Assembly: GCA_015060925.1 (NCBI GenBank)
Contig: SUXM01000011.1
Coordinates: forward strand, 247 to 64,246
DNA: 64,000 bases
Source: Parabacteroides distasonis
GTDB lineage: Bacteria > Bacteroidota > Bacteroidia > Bacteroidales > Tannerellaceae
Reading direction: 5' to 3'
Of the stretch, positions 60,139 through 64,000 are shown one piece after another; the first letter of the stretch is position 1; the number at the start of each line of letters is the position of its first letter. The notes below the pieces were generated by a model. The model saw only the letters and a program-made list of their open reading frames with translations, searched no databases and was not told where the DNA came from. The position numbers and the translations under genes were made by a program.

Positions 60139-61568
60139 ATGGAATACAAAGAGACTATAGTAGGAAGAAAATATGAGCAAAAGATACTTCAAGCATGTGT
60201 AAATAGTCCACGAGCTGAGTTTATAGCTATTTATGGTCGTAGGCGTATTGGAAAAACATATTTAGTGTAACAATTTTTTGGTGAGTCATTTGATTTTTAT
60301 ACAACAGGTGTGTATAAGGTTTCAAGGAATGAACAACTGAAACATTGGCAAGAACAATTATTTAAATATAGTGGATGTAAAAGAAGTAGACCAAAAGATT
60401 GGTTTGAAGCTTTTGCTCAGTTACAAGCCTATTTAGAAACAAAGAAAGATAAAGAATTATTGGTCGTTTTTATAGATGAATTACCATGGATGGATACTCC
60501 TAAGTCTGGCTTTATACGTGCTTTGGAATTGTCTGGAATGGTTGGGTTTCTGATCGTAAAGGACTTAAACTTATTGTTTGTGGTAGTGCAACTACTTGGA
60601 TGACGAATAAACTCTTAGGAGATAAAGGAGGGCTTCACAATAGAGTAACCAGACCTATTCGATTAGCTCCGTTTTCTTTGATAGAAACAGAAGAATATTT
60701 GAAGACTCTTGGTATTGAGTGGGAACGTGTAGAGGTTTTGGATGCTTATATGATTTTAGGAGGTACCCCTTTTTATCTATCTTTACTTCGTTCGGAGTAT
60801 AGTCTTTCTCAGAATATAGATGAATTGTTCTTTAGTCAAAATGCTGTTTTGAATACAGAATATAATTTTTTATTTACCTCATTATTTAATGATGCAACAC
60901 TTTATCGTCGAGTAGTGGAAGCCCTTGCTTCAAAATTAAAAGGTTTAACCAGAGAGGAATTGATTCAAACACTTAAAATTACAGATAATGGATTATTAAC
61001 CGAAGTTTTGGATAACTTAAAAAAAAGTGATTTTTTGCGTAGTTATCAGTCTTTCGGAAAGAAAGGAAAAGGTATGCTTTTCCAATTGTCAGATATGTAC
61101 ACATTGTTTTATTTGCGTTTTGTAAAAAACTATTATGGATTAGATGAGCATGCTTGGTCTAAAATGGAAAATGGACGTCGGAATGTTTGGGCTGGTTATG
61201 CATTTGAACAGGTTTGTATCCATCATGTAAATCAAATCAGACAAGCTTTAGGTATTAATGGTATAGTCAGTGATGTTTGTTCTTGGAGCTATAAAGATAA
61301 GGAGAGAGGTGCGCAGATAGATCTTATTATAGATAGAAGTGATAAGTCTATAGATCTTTGTGAAATGAAATATAGTGATAGTGAGTATGAATTAAAGAAA
61401 GATTATGTGGAATGGATGCGTGTAAGACGAGACCTTTTTAGAGAAATAACAGGTACTCGAAAATCATTACGTCTGACAATGATTTCTTCAGGAGGTATCA
61501 AACAAGGAAAATATTCTTCTGCTATACAAGGTATAGTAGGGTTAGATGATCTATACCGTAATGCATAA
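60139..61568 (+). pseudogene. AAA-family ATPase (archaeal-type ATPase with C-terminal PD-(D/E)XK-like domain), disrupted
   Basis: YGRRRIGKT Walker A, FIDELPW Walker B, QIDLIIDR...LCEMKY; in-frame TAA at 60268-60270 and a 1-nt deletion near 60532. Confidence 0.88.
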
Positions 61569-61590
61569 AAACCTTCATTTATCCCCCCCC

Positions 61591-61654
61591 CTGTGAAGAG
61601 CGAAAGCAGACAAAAAACAAGCGGTGAGGATTCGTCCCCACCGCTTCTTTTTTT
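61591..61654 (+). repeat. 64-bp direct repeat, copy 2
   Basis: Identical to 59907-59970; begins at the last C of a 9-C run (61583-61591). Confidence 0.95.
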
Positions 61655-61726
61655 GTATAGGATTGGTTTATCTCTCTTTTTCTTGTATCTTCGTTGCAGA
61701 ATAATTAATATCTTAAATGTAAAGTT

Positions 61727-62905
61727 ATGAAAAAGGTAAGTTTGGCTTTTCTGCTTTGTCTGTTTACCATATTACCGATGGCAGCACAGTGGAATATTGA
61801 TGAACCCATTAAAATCGTACATGGCCCTTATTTGCAGAATGTGGGTCCTAACGAGGTAACAATCGTATGGATGTCTGATAAACCCTCTATCGGTTGGATT
61901 GAATTGGCTCCTGCCGGTGATGACAGCTTTTATGCAGAAGAGCGTCCACAGTTTTTTGATGCTCGTGATGGTGTGAAAACAACCGCTCTGCTTCATTCTG
62001 TGAAGTTGAAAAACTTGAAATCCGGAACAACTTATCGTTACCGTGCGTATGTGAAACGCGTTTTGCATCATAAAGGAAATCGTGTAATCTATGGTAATTC
62101 GGCTGCAACGGATGTCTATTCTAAGAAACCGTTGACTTTTAAGACCAGTGATCCTAATGCAAGCAGTGTCTCTTTTGCGATGTTGTGTGACATCCATGGA
62201 AAGAATGATTTGTTGACCAATTTGATTGGAAAGTGTGATTTAAAGAGTACAGATTTGTTCTTATTCAATGGGGATATGGTCTCTATCTTGAACGAAGAAA
62301 ATCATATCTTTAATGGTTTTATGGATACGGCAACCAAATTGTTTGCTTCTGAAATTCCGATGTATTATGCACGTGGTAATCATGAAACACGTGGTGCTTA
62401 TGCCGGAGAGTTTTATCGCTATTTCTCTCAAGGCGAAGACCATTTGTATTTTGCATTCCGTCAAGGTCCTGTTTTCTTTGTAATATTGGATACGGGGGAA
62501 GACAAACCGGATTCGGATATCGAATATGCCGGTATTACCGTTTATGATGAGTATCGTACCGAACAAGCGGAATGGTTGCGTGAAGTCTTGAATAGCAAAG
62601 AGTATAAAGAAGCTCCGTTTAAGGTAGTTGTAGGACATATTCCTCCTTCTGCAAGCGATTGGCATGGAACAGTGGAGCTAAAGAAGAAATTCATGCCTCT
62701 GTTGTGTGATGCTAAGCCTGATGTGATGCTTTGTGGACATTTGCATCGTTATGTACATAATAAAGCTGATTCACAAACTCCGTTCCCGGTCATTGTGAAT
62801 ACCAATACAGCAGTATTGAAGGCAAAAGCTACTGCTACAGAATTAAAGATAGAGGTTGTGAACGAAGACGGAAAGGTTTTGGATACCATTTCAATCAAGA
62901 AATAA
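61727..62905 (+). CDS. Purple-acid-phosphatase-like metallophosphoesterase (FN3-like N-domain)
   Basis: HGPYLQNV, DIHG, NGDM, RGNHE, CGHLH; signal peptide. Confidence 0.85.
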   Translation: MKKVSLAFLLCLFTILPMAAQWNIDEPIKIVHGPYLQNVGPNEVTIVWMSDKPSIGWIELAPAGDDSFYAEERPQFFDARDGVKTTALLHSVKLKNLKSGTTYRYRAYVKRVLHHKGNRVIYGNSAATDVYSKKPLTFKTSDPNASSVSFAMLCDIHGKNDLLTNLIGKCDLKSTDLFLFNGDMVSILNEENHIFNGFMDTATKLFASEIPMYYARGNHETRGAYAGEFYRYFSQGEDHLYFAFRQGPVFFVILDTGEDKPDSDIEYAGITVYDEYRTEQAEWLREVLNSKEYKEAPFKVVVGHIPPSASDWHGTVELKKKFMPLLCDAKPDVMLCGHLHRYVHNKADSQTPFPVIVNTNTAVLKAKATATELKIEVVNEDGKVLDTISIKK

Positions 62906-62917
62906 TGCTTATGGAAA

Positions 62918-62960
62918 CAAACAAAAACAGACAGCTAATCAAAGCTGTCTGTTTTTGTTT
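62918..62960. terminator. Bidirectional terminator
   Basis: aaacaaaaacagacagct-aatcaa-agctgtctgtttttgttt. Confidence 0.85.
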
Positions 62961-62975
62961 ATATATGGTTGTAAA

Positions 62976-64000
62976 CTATTTGTTATCCGGAAATGAAATT
63001 TTACTTTTCCCTAAATCCTTAGAGGTTGCAACTGCAATGCTTCTTTGATTCTTTTTATTGACTGCACAATAGAAATGATAAACAACTCCGTTCCATTTGA
63101 CCACACATGATTTATGGGCATATCGGTCGTCATACGATTCGGATGGTTGGATCAAATGAGGACCGTTCCAGTCTGTCCAATTCAATAGATCATATGAGCA
63201 GGCAAAGTGGTTGAATGCCCCTTTGGGATGGTCGCCCCAAGCTGCACCAAAGTAAAACATTACCCAGACATCATTGATCTTTTGAATGTAGGCATCTCCG
63301 GTTATCCCTTTGTGATGGTCTAATACCGGATTCTTATCGTATCTTTTCCAAGTGACCATGTCGTCAGAAAAAGCAATACCGATTCTTTCAGCCCTTTTAT
63401 GATCAGGAAGGCTTTCTCCTTTGGCATTGTAAAACATAACGAATGGGCTACCGGTTGTTTTGGCTCTGTCCCAAATGATACCACTTTTATAGATGGTGTT
63501 GTTTTCCCACCAACCGGCATCCTTGTCTGTTATTCGTAATATAGGAGCATCAAACCGTTCCCATTCATGTACGATAGAAGGTTTTTTCTTTGTGTAAGCC
63601 ATACCTACCGACAGTACACCGGCCTCATAACCTCTTGTATCTCCCCCTAAATAGGACATCCAATATCGTTTGTTGAAGGAGGGGTATTGGTAATTGCCAC
63701 CCCATTCGGTATTGATTAAAGCGGGGTAACCGGCTACCTGGTTTTTATCCCAGCGAGTATCATCGTATGACATGATTCTGCCTTGTGTCTCCCAATCCAA
63801 CAGATTTTGGCTGGTGGCCATCCATGTTTCGTAGCCTCGTCCATCAAATATGATATAGGTCATATACCAAGTATCTCCTTCTTTGAATAGGGTTGGACTG
63901 TCGATCATATCTGAACTGTTAGGAGGTAATATGACTAACCCGTATTTATGAGGAGTTTTGATCTCTTGGTATATTTGTTCCATGGTCTCTTGTGGTACGG
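62976..64000 (-). CDS. Five-bladed beta-propeller glycoside hydrolase (possibly GH137-like); 5' end outside the window
   Basis: Repeated WYMTY/YWMSY/FVMFY/WVMFY/YHFY blades; frame stays open past the ORF-track ATG (VPQETMEQIY...). Confidence 0.65.
   Translation of the reverse strand, partial: VPQETMEQIYQEIKTPHKYGLVILPPNSSDMIDSPTLFKEGDTWYMTYIIFDGRGYETWMATSQNLLDWETQGRIMSYDDTRWDKNQVAGYPALINTEWGGNYQYPSFNKRYWMSYLGGDTRGYEAGVLSVGMAYTKKKPSIVHEWERFDAPILRITDKDAGWWENNTIYKSGIIWDRAKTTGSPFVMFYNAKGESLPDHKRAERIGIAFSDDMVTWKRYDKNPVLDHHKGITGDAYIQKINDVWVMFYFGAAWGDHPKGAFNHFACSYDLLNWTDWNGPHLIQPSESYDDRYAHKSCVVKWNGVVYHFYCAVNKKNQRSIAVATSKDLGKSKISFPDNK

Noticed and set aside
60268-60270. Stop-codon readthrough or recoding in the ATPase
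   Set aside because: The codon is TAA, a second independent frameshift follows, and other genes in the window use the standard code
63-63520. Many 60-200 aa ORFs antisense to or overlapping the main genes (e.g. 23559..24089, 45918..46541, 53150..53599, 55802..56293)
   Set aside because: Shadow frames of well-supported genes with no recognisable motifs

Overview
Chromosomal window from a Bacteroidales bacterium, most likely Parabacteroides or a relative (TAnnTTTG promoters, ruvA-sprA T9SS translocon, DUF6383-like C-terminal fragment). It starts at the edge of an integrative element: a frameshifted tyrosine integrase beside tRNA-Phe(GAA), with tRNA-Pro(CGG) divergent. Mostly housekeeping genes follow (dxs, trkAH, ruvA, sprA, Ca-ATPase, DPP-IV, lipA, ppk1, rsmF, nadC, rlmH, aroC, slyD, patB, and an ilvD-ilvB-ilvN-thioesterase-ilvC operon with an unannotated Ile/Leu/Val leader-peptide attenuator). 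Three accessory regions stand out. (1) An AT-rich 1014-aa modular T9SS cargo gene sits behind a ~350-nt leader with mutually exclusive antiterminator/terminator pairings. (2) An ECF sigma module lies beside a stripped-down two-component system (NtrC-like regulator with no AAA+ domain) facing a TolC/MacAB-type exporter. (3) At 59.4-61.65 kb there is a 19-bp inverted-repeat-bounded candidate invertible promoter, a collapsed remnant of a DUF6383-type surface-protein gene, a structured 3' trailer, and a decayed AAA ATPase gene bracketed by a perfect 64-bp direct repeat of that trailer. No CRISPR array, rRNA, reverse transcriptase or intact transposase was seen. All family assignments come from motif recognition by eye, not from database searches.
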